From contig VMGA01000002.1 of NCBI GenBank assembly GCA_007376345.1, positions 8,309 to 72,308 on the forward strand: a stretch of DNA of 64,000 nt, read 5' to 3'. The stretch is from Microgenomates group bacterium Gr01-1014_16. GTDB lineage: Bacteria; Patescibacteriota; Microgenomatia; CAZETR01; Amesbacteraceae. The notes under the pieces were generated by a model. It saw nothing but the letters and a program-made list of their open reading frames with translations. It was not told where the DNA came from and ran no database searches. Made by a program: the position numbers and the translations under genes. Shown piece after piece: positions 27,552 to 38,735 of the stretch (position 1 is its first letter; every line of letters begins with the position of its first letter).

Positions 27552-29966
27552 ATGGCTTTTTCCATCACCCGTTCAACTTCATCCACGCCTCTTATTAAAA
27601 GTTATCCGGTCGTCGCCCTTAGAGAAGGCGTCGTCTTCCCCAATACCGAAGCCCATCTTACTTTCGGCCGCCCCCAAAGCACTACGGCTGTCGAAGCCGC
27701 TATTAAGGGCGACAAACAAGTGGTTTTTGTGGCCCAGAAAAACCCCGTCGCCAACCCCTCGATTGAGGACTTGTATCAGATCGGTACCCTTTGCGCGGTC
27801 GAGCAAATCGTTCCTTACGGCAATGAGTTTTGGGCTGTAGTTAAAGGTATAAAAAGAGTCACCATTGGTCCATACTTGTCCGTCAATCCTTATTTTTCCG
27901 CTTCTATTTCGCCGCTGTCTGACCACTTCACCCCCAGTGACCAGCTGGAAGCCCTGGCCCGCCAGGTAGTTTCCGAGTTCAAAGTCGCTTTCAATCTGGG
28001 CAAATCAGTCGAGTTTCCTGTTTTTATGCGTCTCATGTCCGGCGTGTCCTTGCCGGAGCTGGCCGACCAGATAGCCAACTGCCTGGATATTAATACTGCC
28101 GAAAAACAAGGCATCTTAGAAATGATCGATATAAACCAGAAATTAGAAAGGATCCTTTCCCATCTCGTTCACGAAATCAAGATCTTGGAGCTGGAACGTT
28201 CTATTTCCAATAAAACCCACGCCAAATTTGAGCGCAACATGAAAGAGCAGGTCTTGCGTGAACGCAAAAAAACCATTACCGAAGAGTTAAAGAAATTGGG
28301 GGCCGACTCGGAAGACGGTGAAGAAGACGCCAGTGGCCTAAGCGATCTCAAAAAACAACTCAAAGCCTCAAGCATGCCGGTTTCCGTCAAAGAAAAAGCG
28401 GACAAGGAACTCAAGCGCTTGTCTCAAATGAGCCCTTACAATCCCGAAAGCAGCTACCTGCGTTCATACCTGGACTGGCTGGCCAGCATGCCCTGGACCA
28501 AGTCCACTTCCACCCGAGTTTCATTAGACCGGGCCCAAAAAATCCTAGACCAGGATCATTTTGGGTTAAAAAAAGCCAAGGAGCGTATTATCGAACACTT
28601 GGCCGTCATGAAGCTCAAAGGCGGCGAAACCTCACCCACCATCCTATGTTTCGTCGGCCCTCCCGGCGTGGGCAAGACTTCCATCGGCAAATCCATTGCC
28701 AAGGCCCTGGGCCGCAAATTCGTCCGGGTTTCTCTGGGGGGCATTCGTGACGAGGCAGAAATCCGGGGTCACCGCCGGACTTACGTCGGTGCCCTTCCCG
28801 GCCGTATCATCCAGGGCATCAAAAATGCCGGCTCCAAAAACCCTATCTTTATGTTGGACGAAATTGACAAAATCGGCTCCGACTTTAGGGGTGATCCCAG
28901 TTCGGCTCTTTTAGAAGCCCTCGATCCCGAGCAAAACAAAGAGTTCTCTGATCATTATTTAGAAGTCCCCTTCGATTTGTCCCAGGTCATGTTTATTATG
29001 ACCGCCAATCTTATGGATCCCATCCCTCCGGCTCTGCGCGACCGCATGGAAGTCATCGAGTTCCCCGGCTATACCTTGGAAGAAAAAACCCACATCGCCC
29101 AGGGTTTTCTCTGGCCAAAGCAGCTTTCCACCACCGGCTTGCCGGGGGGCATCAAGCTGGAGGCTCCCGCTCTCAAAGAGATCATCCACCGTTACACGCG
29201 TGAGGCCGGCGTTCGTGATTTGGAGCGTAATTTAGCCAAAATTTGCCGCAAACTGGCCAAAAACATTGCCGAGAAAAAACCAAATGGCCACTCCGTTTCT
29301 CTGGTTAATATCCACAAGTTTTTAGGCCCCCAGCGTTTCCCTGAAACTCTGGCCGAGAAAAAAGATGAGGTTGGTATGTCAACCGGCCTGGCCTGGACCG
29401 AAGCAGGCGGCGACGTTTTATTTATCGAGGTGGCCCTTATGCCCGGAAAGGGTGAGCTTAAATTAACCGGCAGATTAGGAGACGTTATGAAAGAATCCGC
29501 CCAAGCCGCCCATTCTTATGTCCGCACCCGCTGGCAAAAACTGGGTCTCAAAGAAGATTTTTACAAAAAGATTGATATCCACATCCACGTTCCCGAAGGC
29601 GGAGTTCCCAAAGACGGCCCTTCTGCCGGGATTGCCATGGCCACCGCCCTGGTTTCCGCTCTCACCGGCATTCCCGTCCGCCGGGACACGGCCATGACCG
29701 GGGAAATTACTCTGCGCGGCCGGGCTCTGGAAATTGGCGGGGTCAAAGAAAAAGTCATCGCCGCCCACCAGGCCGGTATCAAACAGGTGATTTTGCCCAA
29801 GGACAACAAAAAAGATTTAGTTGAAGACGTTCCCGCTTCCGTCCGCCGCGACATGAAATTCCAATTTGTTTCCCACCTCGACGACGTCTTAAAATACGCC
29901 CTCCGCGATCCCGCCCCATCTCCCAAACCCTTCCCCGCTCCCCGCTTCCTCACCGCAACTGCCTAA
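27552..29966 (+). CDS. lon: Lon protease
   Basis: [33 protein letters not shown]. Confidence 0.98.
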   Translation: MAFSITRSTSSTPLIKSYPVVALREGVVFPNTEAHLTFGRPQSTTAVEAAIKGDKQVVFVAQKNPVANPSIEDLYQIGTLCAVEQIVPYGNEFWAVVKGIKRVTIGPYLSVNPYFSASISPLSDHFTPSDQLEALARQVVSEFKVAFNLGKSVEFPVFMRLMSGVSLPELADQIANCLDINTAEKQGILEMIDINQKLERILSHLVHEIKILELERSISNKTHAKFERNMKEQVLRERKKTITEELKKLGADSEDGEEDASGLSDLKKQLKASSMPVSVKEKADKELKRLSQMSPYNPESSYLRSYLDWLASMPWTKSTSTRVSLDRAQKILDQDHFGLKKAKERIIEHLAVMKLKGGETSPTILCFVGPPGVGKTSIGKSIAKALGRKFVRVSLGGIRDEAEIRGHRRTYVGALPGRIIQGIKNAGSKNPIFMLDEIDKIGSDFRGDPSSALLEALDPEQNKEFSDHYLEVPFDLSQVMFIMTANLMDPIPPALRDRMEVIEFPGYTLEEKTHIAQGFLWPKQLSTTGLPGGIKLEAPALKEIIHRYTREAGVRDLERNLAKICRKLAKNIAEKKPNGHSVSLVNIHKFLGPQRFPETLAEKKDEVGMSTGLAWTEAGGDVLFIEVALMPGKGELKLTGRLGDVMKESAQAAHSYVRTRWQKLGLKEDFYKKIDIHIHVPEGGVPKDGPSAGIAMATALVSALTGIPVRRDTAMTGEITLRGRALEIGGVKEKVIAAHQAGIKQVILPKDNKKDLVEDVPASVRRDMKFQFVSHLDDVLKYALRDPAPSPKPFPAPRFLTATA

Positions 29967-30372
29967 GGGTCATTAGATATTGTCCCGGGGAAAAAATTTG
30001 GATATCTTTCATCTTTCTGGCCAACACCAACAGATGCTTTTTGTCCAGGGTTACTAATATCTGACACTTTTCTCTCATAGCGCTGGCCAATACATGCGAG
30101 TCGTCGGGATCTAATACTTTACTCTGGTATTTCTTAACCGCTTCTGCCTCCGGTGCCTCTGAAATCAAAATAAATATTTCTTCTATCTTTCTTTCCATTT
30201 CGGATCTACCGAATCCCGCTTTATCCGCATGTCTAGCCACTTCGTTAACGATTAGCTCCGATATCACGCCTTTTATTTCTCCGGCCTTCACCCTTTTTAG
30301 CAACTCTCCCGAAGCCCCACTTGGAGATCTCACTCCGGCCAATATTACCGAGGCGTTGAAAAATACTTTCAT
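29950..30372 (-). CDS. PIN-domain toxin
   Basis: [24 protein letters not shown]; first catalytic Asp appears as Asn. Confidence 0.8.
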   Translation of the reverse strand: MKVFFNASVILAGVRSPSGASGELLKRVKAGEIKGVISELIVNEVARHADKAGFGRSEMERKIEEIFILISEAPEAEAVKKYQSKVLDPDDSHVLASAMREKCQILVTLDKKHLLVLARKMKDIQIFSPGQYLMTLRQLR

Positions 30373-30629
30373 TTCAGCAATCCTCTTTTTTTCAGCATGT
30401 TACTTTCCTTCTTATCCAGTTCAAAAAATTCCCCCACCTCGGCATCTGTATATCTACGAACCGAATAACCCAAAACAGTTACCGGTTCCAACATCAACCC
30501 TCTTCCCACCCTCTTCACTTTTACAAAACTGTTTGCCCCGAATTTTTCATCCCTTAACCGCCTGGGAATAGTCAACAATCCTCGTGGCTGCATCTTAACG
30601 ATCTCTTCCCAGTCCTGTATTTGTTGCAT
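30369..30629 (-). CDS. AbrB/MazE-like antitoxin
   Basis: KMQPRGLLTIP..LR motif; overlaps the PIN gene. Confidence 0.75.
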   Translation of the reverse strand: MQQIQDWEEIVKMQPRGLLTIPRRLRDEKFGANSFVKVKRVGRGLMLEPVTVLGYSVRRYTDAEVGEFFELDKKESNMLKKRGLLK

Positions 30630-30665
30630 ACATTCGATAATACAGTATTCCCGTATTTCCGTCAA

Positions 30666-32456
30666 TTAGTTCGACACCTTCCGGTTTTGGCGGATGCGGT
30701 CCAGTTTTGTCAAAAACTTTTTTCGAAACCTCAAGTTCTTTGGCGTAATTTCCAGCAGCTCGTCATCGTTGATAAATTCCAGCGCTTGTTCCAGAGACAT
30801 TTTGACAGCCGGTGTTAGGACAGTTTTAATGTCCGCCGAAGCCGCCCGGGTATTGGTCAAGTGTTTCCCCTTGCACACATTCAGCTCCACATCATTTTCT
30901 CGGGTTCCCATGCCCACAATCATCCCCTCATATACTTCCTCTCCAGGTTCGATAAAAGTTATTCCTCTCAGCTGGGCGTTCTCCAGCGAATAGGCCAGGG
31001 CTTTCCCCCGATCCAGTGCCACCAACGCTCCGGGCCGGATATCTTCTCCCGCCGGCTCGGTTTCTTTGTATTGGGAAAACTGCCTGTTAATCACACTGGT
31101 TCCTTTCGTCGCCGTCAGTAAAATATTTCTTACCCCGATCATATTCCGCTGTGAAATCTCATAAACAATTCTGGTGTTACCTTTGCCGTCAGCTGCCATA
31201 TCCGACATTTTCCCTCGCCTTTTTCCCATTTCCACCGTCGCCACCCCCACGTATTCGTCCGGAATATCAATTATAACTTCTTCAAAAGGCTCGGTGTTGC
31301 CTTTAAAAATTACTTGCGGCCGGGATACCTGCGTCTCAAATCCTTCCCGGCGCAATGTTTCCAAAAGTATTGCCAAATGCAGCTCTCCCCTCCCGGCCAC
31401 TTCAAATTCACCGCCCCCCAAATCATTAAACTTCATTCCCAAATTAGTCGCTATTTCTTTCTCCAACCTCTCGCCAATTTGTCTGCTGGTTACGTACTTG
31501 CCATCCCGTCCGGCAAACGGCGAAGTATTCGCCCCTATTGTCATCTTCAGGGTTGGGTCGGTTACCGTAATCGTCGGCAGCGCCGAGGGCTCTGCCGGGT
31601 CGGCAATCGTCATCCCTATTTCCAGATCCTCAATTCCGGCCACCGCCACAATATCCCCCGCTACAGCTTCTTGTACCTCAATTCTTTGTATTCCCTGGCT
31701 GGTATACAACCTTTCAATATTAAACGACCCGTGGCCTACTAAAGTTACTCTTTGCCCCACTTTCAGCGTGCCTTGACTGATCCTACCTATTCCCATCTTG
31801 CCCAGGTGACTGTCAAAGTCCAGCGTCGATACCAGCATTTTCACTGGTTTATCCAAATCTTTCACGGCATTGGGCACTTCTTTCAAAATTATTTCAAATA
31901 ATGGTTCCAGGTTACCTGCCAGTTTATCCGGGGCCATCCCCGCCCGACCATCTCTTCCGACTGCGTAAACTATCGGAAAATCCAAATGTCCGGAATGCGT
32001 CGCCAGCTTCAAAAACAGCTCCTCGGTATCTTGCAATACTTTGGCCGTATTCGCATCTTTGCGGTCAATTTTATTAATCACAAGGATTATTTTTAGTCCG
32101 GTCACCAGAGCCTTTTCCAATACAAATTTCGTTTGGGGCAGGGGACCCTCCGCCGCGTCAACTACTAAAAGGGCCGCATCCGCCATATTCAATACCCGTT
32201 CTACTTCACCACCAAAATCAGCGTGCCCCGGCGTGTCAATAATGTTAATTTTTACCCCGTGATAATTAACAGCCGTGTTTTTAGACAATATAGTTATCCC
32301 TTTCTCTCTCTCCAAATCGTTGTTATCCAAAATAGTCGTCTGACTCATCTCCGCCTGGTTATCCCGAAATGAGTGAGTCTGTTTCAACATCCCATCCACC
32401 AGGGTTGTCTTTCCATGGTCAACGTGTGCGATAATAGCAATATTGCGTATGTCCAT
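30666..32456 (-). CDS. typA: Translational GTPase TypA/BipA
   Basis: IRNIAIIAHVDHGKTT, DTPGHADF, GRGELHL, E+TP..LR.RK. Confidence 0.96.
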   Translation of the reverse strand: MDIRNIAIIAHVDHGKTTLVDGMLKQTHSFRDNQAEMSQTTILDNNDLEREKGITILSKNTAVNYHGVKINIIDTPGHADFGGEVERVLNMADAALLVVDAAEGPLPQTKFVLEKALVTGLKIILVINKIDRKDANTAKVLQDTEELFLKLATHSGHLDFPIVYAVGRDGRAGMAPDKLAGNLEPLFEIILKEVPNAVKDLDKPVKMLVSTLDFDSHLGKMGIGRISQGTLKVGQRVTLVGHGSFNIERLYTSQGIQRIEVQEAVAGDIVAVAGIEDLEIGMTIADPAEPSALPTITVTDPTLKMTIGANTSPFAGRDGKYVTSRQIGERLEKEIATNLGMKFNDLGGGEFEVAGRGELHLAILLETLRREGFETQVSRPQVIFKGNTEPFEEVIIDIPDEYVGVATVEMGKRRGKMSDMAADGKGNTRIVYEISQRNMIGVRNILLTATKGTSVINRQFSQYKETEPAGEDIRPGALVALDRGKALAYSLENAQLRGITFIEPGEEVYEGMIVGMGTRENDVELNVCKGKHLTNTRAASADIKTVLTPAVKMSLEQALEFINDDELLEITPKNLRFRKKFLTKLDRIRQNRKVSN

Positions 32457-32925
32457 AAGCAAGCAATTATACAGCAAATTACTGCTTTTTCTTCTCAAAC
32501 GCACCGGAGGTAACTTTGAAGTCGCCCAAGAAGTAGTCCAAAACACATTCTTAGCCGCTATTAAATCTTTTCATACTTTTCACAGCAAGAGTACATTTTT
32601 TACCTGGATATGTAAAATTTCCCTGAATAAGCTTGCGGATTACTATCGGGGACAGGTTAACCCCAAATTTCAACTGCCTTTGGATCTACCCGCGCCCGGC
32701 CTCACTCCCGAAGAGCAAACTTCGCTCAATGATCTGCGCACCCAGGTCAACCGCTGTTTAAACTTACTCCCCCCCCGTTATCGCCAATTACTTCATCTCA
32801 AATACTACCAGGAGCTATCAACCAAAGAAATTTGTCTCAAACTGGATCTCTCGCCCCGCTCATTGGAAGGCAAACTCTACCGGGCCAAAAAACTTCTCGC
32901 CTCCGTGTATGAAAAATCTACGTAA
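32449..32925 (+). CDS. ECF-type sigma factor
   Basis: AQEVVQNTF, FFTWICKISLNKLADYYR (region 2); LP.RYR..L.LKY..ELS.KEI..GKLYRAKK (region 4). Confidence 0.85.
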   Translation: MSISKQLYSKLLLFLLKRTGGNFEVAQEVVQNTFLAAIKSFHTFHSKSTFFTWICKISLNKLADYYRGQVNPKFQLPLDLPAPGLTPEEQTSLNDLRTQVNRCLNLLPPRYRQLLHLKYYQELSTKEICLKLDLSPRSLEGKLYRAKKLLASVYEKST

Positions 32926-33514
32926 AGGCCTCGTTCACCTCCGCCGCGATCCAATTTTAGCTGTCCAAATCGCCAAATTCGGGGTAATTAATTACCAGCA
33001 GCCCAAAGACAGGTTCGAAAACCTGGTCTCGACTATCATCGGCCAGCAGCTCTCCAACAAAGCCGCGGACACGATTTACGAACGGGTTCTTAGTCTTTTC
33101 CCAAATCGAAAAATTGATCCCGATTGGATCTTGAATCTTGAATCTTCAAAATTCCGCGCAGCGGGTACGTCCTGGGCCAAAATCAGATCCCTAAAAGATC
33201 TTTCCCAGAAAATATTAGACAAATCTGTCTTATTAGACCAATTAGACCTAATGACCGATGATCAAGTTATCTCACATCTTACCCAGGTCAAAGGCATCGG
33301 ACCCTGGACTGCCCAGATGAAGCTCATGTTCACTCTCCACCGCCCGGACGTCATGCCCGTAGACGACCGCGGCATCCAAAACGCCATGATAAAACTTTAC
33401 GGTCTCAAAGATGGCAAAAAGCTAACGACTAATATGCTAAAGACTAGTAACTCTTGGCGTCCTTACAGAACGCTGGCCTGCTGGTACTTGTGGAAAAGCC
33501 TGGATAATAAGTAA
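32909..33514 (+). CDS. DNA-3-methyladenine glycosylase (AlkA family)
   Basis: IIGQQLS, KGIGPWTA, PVDD, WRPYR. Confidence 0.9.
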   Translation: MKNLRKGLVHLRRDPILAVQIAKFGVINYQQPKDRFENLVSTIIGQQLSNKAADTIYERVLSLFPNRKIDPDWILNLESSKFRAAGTSWAKIRSLKDLSQKILDKSVLLDQLDLMTDDQVISHLTQVKGIGPWTAQMKLMFTLHRPDVMPVDDRGIQNAMIKLYGLKDGKKLTTNMLKTSNSWRPYRTLACWYLWKSLDNK

Positions 33515-33523
33515 AATGCAGTC

Positions 33524-34540
33524 ATGTCCGACCAAATTAAAAAACTCGCCCCCCTCATATGGTCAGAAATCCAAAAAGCCAGCAAAATTCTCATGCATTG
33601 CCACCGAAATCCTGATGGAGATTCAGTGGGGGGGGTCTTAGCCAGTAAATTTGCTCTGGAAAGTTTAGGAAAATCAGTCACGGTCATTTGGGGTGACTCG
33701 CCACCCCCAACCACGTTATCTTCTGTTCCAGGCTACGCTTCGATTCTTCGAAAAAATTGGTTCGAAATAAATCCTACGGATTTCGATTTATTTTTGGCCC
33801 AAGATTCTTCCTCACTAGGCCAAATTTCAAATCTTGGAGAAGTTAAATTTCCCGAAAATCTTACAGTTATAGTTATTGACCATCATGTCACCAATGATAA
33901 TTACGGAAAAATAAACTTAGTCGGGCCTTCCTATCCAGCTGTATGCCAAATACTCTACGATCTATTTAGTCTCTGGGATATCAAACTAACCCCAGATATA
34001 GCTCTTTGTTTATTTACTGGAATATACACAGACACAGGAGGATTTAAATATCCTCTCGTTACCAAAGAAACGTTTCAAATTGCCGCCAAACTGGCAGAAA
34101 CCGGTGCCGATTTCCCAAAATTAATTTTTGAAATGGAAAATAGCCAAGATCCCAAATCAATTGAATATATGGGAATGTTTTTTTCCAGCGTTGAACACTA
34201 CTTCGGAGGAAACGTGGCCGTTTGTTCAATTACCCGTCAACAATTATTAGAAAAACAAATAGACTTGGACATTGATGTTCCCGAATTAGCAAATGCTATC
34301 AAGTCGGCCGTTGGCAATGAGATCGGGATATCTTTAACCGAAAAAGATCAGGATGTGATTCGGGTTAGCATGCGGACCCGAGGAAACAAATATGACTTGT
34401 CGAAAATAGCTGTAGCTACTGGAGCGGGCGGAGGACATCCGGTAGCCGCCGGAGCAACAATAAAAAAACCAATGGCAGAAGCCAAAAAATTTCTTTTGGA
34501 AACTATCCAAAAAGTCTATCCCGACCTCGGCCGGCCGTGA
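33524..34540 (+). CDS. DHH/DHHA1 phosphoesterase (NrnA-like)
   Basis: HRNPDGD, IDHH, DTGGF, GGGHPVAAG. Confidence 0.92.
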   Translation: MSDQIKKLAPLIWSEIQKASKILMHCHRNPDGDSVGGVLASKFALESLGKSVTVIWGDSPPPTTLSSVPGYASILRKNWFEINPTDFDLFLAQDSSSLGQISNLGEVKFPENLTVIVIDHHVTNDNYGKINLVGPSYPAVCQILYDLFSLWDIKLTPDIALCLFTGIYTDTGGFKYPLVTKETFQIAAKLAETGADFPKLIFEMENSQDPKSIEYMGMFFSSVEHYFGGNVAVCSITRQQLLEKQIDLDIDVPELANAIKSAVGNEIGISLTEKDQDVIRVSMRTRGNKYDLSKIAVATGAGGGHPVAAGATIKKPMAEAKKFLLETIQKVYPDLGRP

Positions 34541-34543
34541 TAG

Positions 34544-34583
34544 TTGACAACCGTTTTTTCTGATGTTATGGTGTATACACCAT
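34544..34583 (+). promoter_or_regulatory. TA promoter with 16-bp palindromic operator
   Basis: TTGACA-17-TATGGT; ATGGTGTATACACCAT overlaps the -10 and the start. Confidence 0.75.
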
Positions 34584-34854
34584 GAACGGACAAACGAACC
34601 TCTCCCGCGTCCAAATTTATATGGAACCAGATCGGTTGATGATGCTGGATCTCATTTCAAATCGAATCAAAATCAACCGTTCCCAAATTATTCGTGACTT
34701 GACCAAACCCATAGCCTTGGCATACGGAAAAGTAGTCGATTTTATGACTTCAACTCCAAAAGGGAAAAATCCTCTCTTAAAGCTATCTGGGATAGAAAAA
34801 AGCAAAACCGGTCACATCAGCGAAAACGTGGACGAAATATATCTCCATGACTAA
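34582..34854 (+). CDS. RHH-type antitoxin (VapB-like)
   Basis: RVQIY..RSQIIRD, C-terminal SENVDEIY. Confidence 0.75.
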   Translation: MNGQTNLSRVQIYMEPDRLMMLDLISNRIKINRSQIIRDLTKPIALAYGKVVDFMTSTPKGKNPLLKLSGIEKSKTGHISENVDEIYLHD

Positions 34855-35269
34855 GACAGTTTTTATAGACACCAGCGCTTGGTTGGCTTTTCTGCTCAGC
34901 GGGGAAAAACAGCATCAAGTCATCGACAAGTACGTCAAGCGTCTTATTTCCCAAAAAGCCAGACTGTTCACCTCGGATTATATCTTGGACGAGACCTGGA
35001 CAAGGTTAGTTACTAATCAGAATTTTTCTTCAGCCAGCTCCTTGCGCCAGATTGTCAAAGAGGCTCATAAAAAAGGACATCTGTCGGTTTTCTTTACTCT
35101 GGAAACATTTTTTGAAGAAACATGGCAAATATTCGAGAAATTCTCCAACCTGAAGTTGTCCTTCACTGACGCTACAATAATTTTCTACTCGCGTAAGTTT
35201 AAGATTGACGAAGTTGTCACTTTGGACGAGGGAATAAAAAAAGCCGGACTCAAGGTCTTTCCCAACTAA
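34847..35269 (+). CDS. VapC PIN toxin
   Basis: VFIDTSAW, ILDE, LSFTDA, TLD. Confidence 0.9.
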   Translation: MTKTVFIDTSAWLAFLLSGEKQHQVIDKYVKRLISQKARLFTSDYILDETWTRLVTNQNFSSASSLRQIVKEAHKKGHLSVFFTLETFFEETWQIFEKFSNLKLSFTDATIIFYSRKFKIDEVVTLDEGIKKAGLKVFPN

Positions 35270-35284
35270 GGTATACTTATATCA

Positions 35285-35629
35285 ATGTTCGGGTTTTTGT
35301 TTAAGGTAATTATCATGGCCGCGATGTTTGCTGGTGGGGGCTACGCTTATATTAACCGGGACAAATTACCCCAACTCTCCCAATTACCCCAATTAGCCCA
35401 ATTTGCCAAATTACCTAATATAGAAATCAACGCCTCCGAAGCCGGCTCGCGCATCAGCGCCGCCCTGGATTCGATAGTTACCCACCCGGACAAAAACTCG
35501 CCCGTAGTTCTGGGCGTCAAAATCACCAACGAAAGCATCGGCAAACTGGTCGACGTCATCCAGGGTCTCCCTCCCGAACAAGTCAAGCAAATCCAGCAAG
35601 TCATTTGTGCGACACCGTCGGCCCGGTAA
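35285..35629 (+). CDS. Hypothetical membrane-anchored protein
   Basis: N-terminal TM helix; 9-nt repeat tract encoding [12 protein letters not shown]. Confidence 0.65.
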   Translation: MFGFLFKVIIMAAMFAGGGYAYINRDKLPQLSQLPQLAQFAKLPNIEINASEAGSRISAALDSIVTHPDKNSPVVLGVKITNESIGKLVDVIQGLPPEQVKQIQQVICATPSAR

Positions 35630-35643
35630 CGTATAATCGCTTC

Positions 35644-36711
35644 ATGATCGACGTTAAAAAGCAATTAGACGAGTTGAAGGTTCGTTTGGACCAAATCAAA
35701 GTAAAACTAGACCCAGACCAGAAGACAAAGCAGATTCGCGAACTTGAAGCCAAATCCACTAATCCGAATTTCTGGTCGGATCCGCAATCCGCTCAGGCCG
35801 CCATGAAACTTATGGCTTCGCTCCAGTCCGAAGGCAAACAAATTTCTGATTTAGAAACAGAAATCACCGATGCTTTATCCGTCTTAGAAATTCTGGAAGA
35901 AAAAGATGTTGTCAAAATAGAAAAAAAGCTAGGTAAATTAGAAATCAAGACCTTCTTAAACGGTTCTTATGATCAAAGTAACGCGGTTATTTCTATTCAT
36001 GCCGGCCAGGGCGGAGTAGAAGCCATGGACTGGGTTTCCATGCTCCTGCGCATGTATCTCAAATATTGTGAGAACCGGGGTTGGCAAACGGAAATAATCG
36101 ATCAAATGCCCGGGGAAGAGGCCGGGCTCAAAACAGTTACATTTACAGTTACAGGTTCCTACGCGTACGGTTATTTAATAGGGGAGCGTGGCACCCATCG
36201 CCTGGTCCGCCAGTCGCCCTTCAATGCCGACGCCCTCCGCCAAACCTCGTTCGCCCTCGTCGAAGTTTTGCCGGAACTTCCCGAAACCGATAGCGAAATA
36301 ATTATCCCGGAGGACGACATTTTATTTGAAGCCTCGCATGCTTCCGGCCACGGTGGTCAAAATGTTAATAAAGTTTCCACGGCTGTGAAACTTACCCACA
36401 AACCCACAGGAATTTCTGTCCAATGCCAAACCCAAAGATATCAGGAACAAAACCGCAAAATTGCCCTAAATCTTCTCAAGGCCAAACTTTGGGCCAAAAA
36501 ACAAGCAGAACATGCTTCTTTGGAAAAGAATCTCAAAGGCAAACATGTCGCCGCGTCCTGGGGTACCCAGATCCGCTCCTATGTCCTTCATCCCTACAAA
36601 TTGGTCAAAGATTTAAGGACTGGCGTCGAAACTTCCCAAGCCGAGTCGGTTTTAGACGGCGATCTGGATATGTTCATCGACGCCGAACTCCGCCAACTCC
36701 CGGGTGTATAA
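35644..36711 (+). CDS. prfB: Peptide chain release factor 2 (no programmed frameshift)
   Basis: SPF and GGQ motifs, WGTQIRSYV. Confidence 0.96.
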   Translation: MIDVKKQLDELKVRLDQIKVKLDPDQKTKQIRELEAKSTNPNFWSDPQSAQAAMKLMASLQSEGKQISDLETEITDALSVLEILEEKDVVKIEKKLGKLEIKTFLNGSYDQSNAVISIHAGQGGVEAMDWVSMLLRMYLKYCENRGWQTEIIDQMPGEEAGLKTVTFTVTGSYAYGYLIGERGTHRLVRQSPFNADALRQTSFALVEVLPELPETDSEIIIPEDDILFEASHASGHGGQNVNKVSTAVKLTHKPTGISVQCQTQRYQEQNRKIALNLLKAKLWAKKQAEHASLEKNLKGKHVAASWGTQIRSYVLHPYKLVKDLRTGVETSQAESVLDGDLDMFIDAELRQLPGV

Positions 36712-36718
36712 TCGAACT

Positions 36719-37063
36719 ATGACTAACCCCCTCTCCAAACAATTTAAATTCACCCAATTAGTTTACTTTGATGCCAGAGACAAAAAATTCACCGGGGTGT
36801 GTTTGGAACTGAATCTGGTAGTCGAGTCAGACTCTCTTGAATCTACCATCACTCTTCTTAACGACGCGACCGTCTCCCATCTTCTAGCCGCAGCCGAAGT
36901 CGGTTTTCCCTCGGAACTAGTCTTCCGACCAGCCCCTGCTCACTATTGGCAAATGGCCAAATCGGTTTCAGCCAAAGTCGGCCAAGACAGGACCCTTTCG
37001 GCAGAAGAATTCGCCCTTTTCACCCAGAATATAACTCTTCCCGAACTGCATCATGCCGCATAA
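36719..37063 (+). CDS. HicB-like antitoxin
   Basis: FTGVCLELNLV..D.L partial RNase H fold; overlaps the HicA gene. Confidence 0.7.
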   Translation: MTNPLSKQFKFTQLVYFDARDKKFTGVCLELNLVVESDSLESTITLLNDATVSHLLAAAEVGFPSELVFRPAPAHYWQMAKSVSAKVGQDRTLSAEEFALFTQNITLPELHHAA

Positions 37064-37310
37064 CCCGCCGCTTTCTTACCGGGACGTCATCAAAATTCTC
37101 AAAAATCTTGGCTTTACACCTGCTCGCCACGCCAGCGGCAGCCACGAAACTTGGAAACTTCTTCGTAGTAATCGCTGGTATTCCGTCACGGTTTACTTCC
37201 ACGGCGGCCAAAACTTTCAACTTCCACCCAAAACCCTCAAATCCATGATTGAACAATCCGGCTTTTCGCCGGAAGAATTTTATTCAGCCAAAAAGAAAAA
37301 ACTCAAATGA
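37053..37310 (+). CDS. HicA-family toxin
   Basis: VIKILKNLGF....GSH...TLKSMIEQSG. Confidence 0.85.
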   Translation: MPHNPPLSYRDVIKILKNLGFTPARHASGSHETWKLLRSNRWYSVTVYFHGGQNFQLPPKTLKSMIEQSGFSPEEFYSAKKKKLK

Positions 37311-38149
37311 CTTGGTTAATTCTCGCCAGTACGGCAGCAGTGCTCTTTTCGCTAAATAGCCTTTTGGGGCGGGTTTTGGCAGTAAAAAGCCAAAATCCCC
37401 GAGCCTTTGCCTTTGTTTACAATTTATTTGGAGCTCTTTTTGCGCTCGGGCTTTGGTTCCTACATCCCCAGCCCATCTCTAACGTTCCGCCACTTGCCTG
37501 GCAGCTGCTTGTTTTGTCAATCATACTTTATGGGGTCTTCAACCGTTTTGAATTCTATGCCCGGAAGCACGTTGAGTCTTCCACCCTTTCTATACTGACC
37601 AAATTTATTCCAGTTATAACTTTTACTCTTTCTATCGTTATCTGGAAGGAAACCGTAACTCTAAATAAACTCCTCGCCGCAGCATTAATTATCGGGGGAA
37701 CTATGGCCGCGGTCTACAAAAAAGGTAGAATAGAGTTTAACCAAGGCCTAAAATACGCCGCAATAATAATCGTTTCTTTAGGCCTTGCCTGGACGGTAGA
37801 TAAAAAAGCCTCGTCATACTTTCCCTTGGCTCTATATGCATTCGCCACATATCTTCCCCCCAACATTTTTTTGTTGCCATTCCCATTTCTTAAGTGGTCG
37901 CAAATCGTCACCGAAATAAAATTGGCCAACTGGAAAATTGCCTTTCTAGCCTTCGTAAACATGACTGCTTACTATACTTTGATCTCCGCCTTCCAATACG
38001 GGGAGGCCTCCAAAGTAGTCTTAATTACCTCAACTTCGACTATTCTCACGGTCATTGCTGGGATAACCTTACTTAAAGAAAGAGAAAATATTTCGCGAAA
38101 AATCGTGGCTGCACTTATAGTTGTTATTGGAGCCCTACTTTTGAAGTAG
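37307..38149 (+). CDS. EamA/DMT transporter
   Basis: About 10 TM helices in two repeats, each ending in KE motif. Confidence 0.85.
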   Translation: MTWLILASTAAVLFSLNSLLGRVLAVKSQNPRAFAFVYNLFGALFALGLWFLHPQPISNVPPLAWQLLVLSIILYGVFNRFEFYARKHVESSTLSILTKFIPVITFTLSIVIWKETVTLNKLLAAALIIGGTMAAVYKKGRIEFNQGLKYAAIIIVSLGLAWTVDKKASSYFPLALYAFATYLPPNIFLLPFPFLKWSQIVTEIKLANWKIAFLAFVNMTAYYTLISAFQYGEASKVVLITSTSTILTVIAGITLLKERENISRKIVAALIVVIGALLLK

Positions 38150-38161
38150 TTACTTTTACAC

Positions 38162-38189
38162 AACTCCCATACTACAGAGTATGGGAGTT
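38162..38189. repeat. Perfect 12-bp inverted repeat, copy 2
   Basis: AACTCCCATACT acag AGTATGGGAGTT. Confidence 0.85.
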
Positions 38190-38221
38190 ATTAATTACAA
38201 TACTACCTAGTATTAGAAAAT

Positions 38222-38731
38222 ATGCATTATGTCTCGAGGGCTGGAGAAAAGTTAGAGTTTGCCCTGGCCACCTGGCACATTAATGTCACGGGTTTAATCT
38301 GTGCCGATTTGGGCTGTAGTGCGGGAGGATTTACGGACTGCTTGTTACAGCGCGGAGCGGCCAAAGTTTATGCCGTTGACACCGGATATGGTGTTTTGGA
38401 TTGGAAATTAAGAAACAATTCGAGAGTAATTGTCATGGAGCGAACCAACGCCTTGCATGTCAAACTACCCGAATTAGTGGATTTTGTATCTATAGACGTC
38501 GGTTGGACTCCACAGCGGCTGATTTTGCCCGTCGCTAAGACATTGTTAAAGCCCGGCGGCCAAATAATTTCATTAATAAAACCCCACTACGAAGCCAAAA
38601 AAGCCCACCTAACGCCCGACGAGGCGAAAAACATAGCCGACCAATTTGCCCAATTAGGCCAATTAGTCCAATCACCCATTACCGGTCAAAAAGCCGGCAA
38701 CGTGGAGTATCTCTTGCGTATGTTATACTAG
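38222..38731 (+). CDS. TlyA/FtsJ-like rRNA methyltransferase lacking the S4 domain
   Basis: YVSRAGEKL, DLGCSAGGFTD, LIKP.YE, SPI.G..GN.EYL. Confidence 0.85.
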   Translation: MHYVSRAGEKLEFALATWHINVTGLICADLGCSAGGFTDCLLQRGAAKVYAVDTGYGVLDWKLRNNSRVIVMERTNALHVKLPELVDFVSIDVGWTPQRLILPVAKTLLKPGGQIISLIKPHYEAKKAHLTPDEAKNIADQFAQLGQLVQSPITGQKAGNVEYLLRMLY

Positions 38732-38735
38732 CTTC

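Noticed and set aside
35644-35730. prfB programmed +1 frameshift
   Set aside because: No CTT-TGA site; the ORF is continuous
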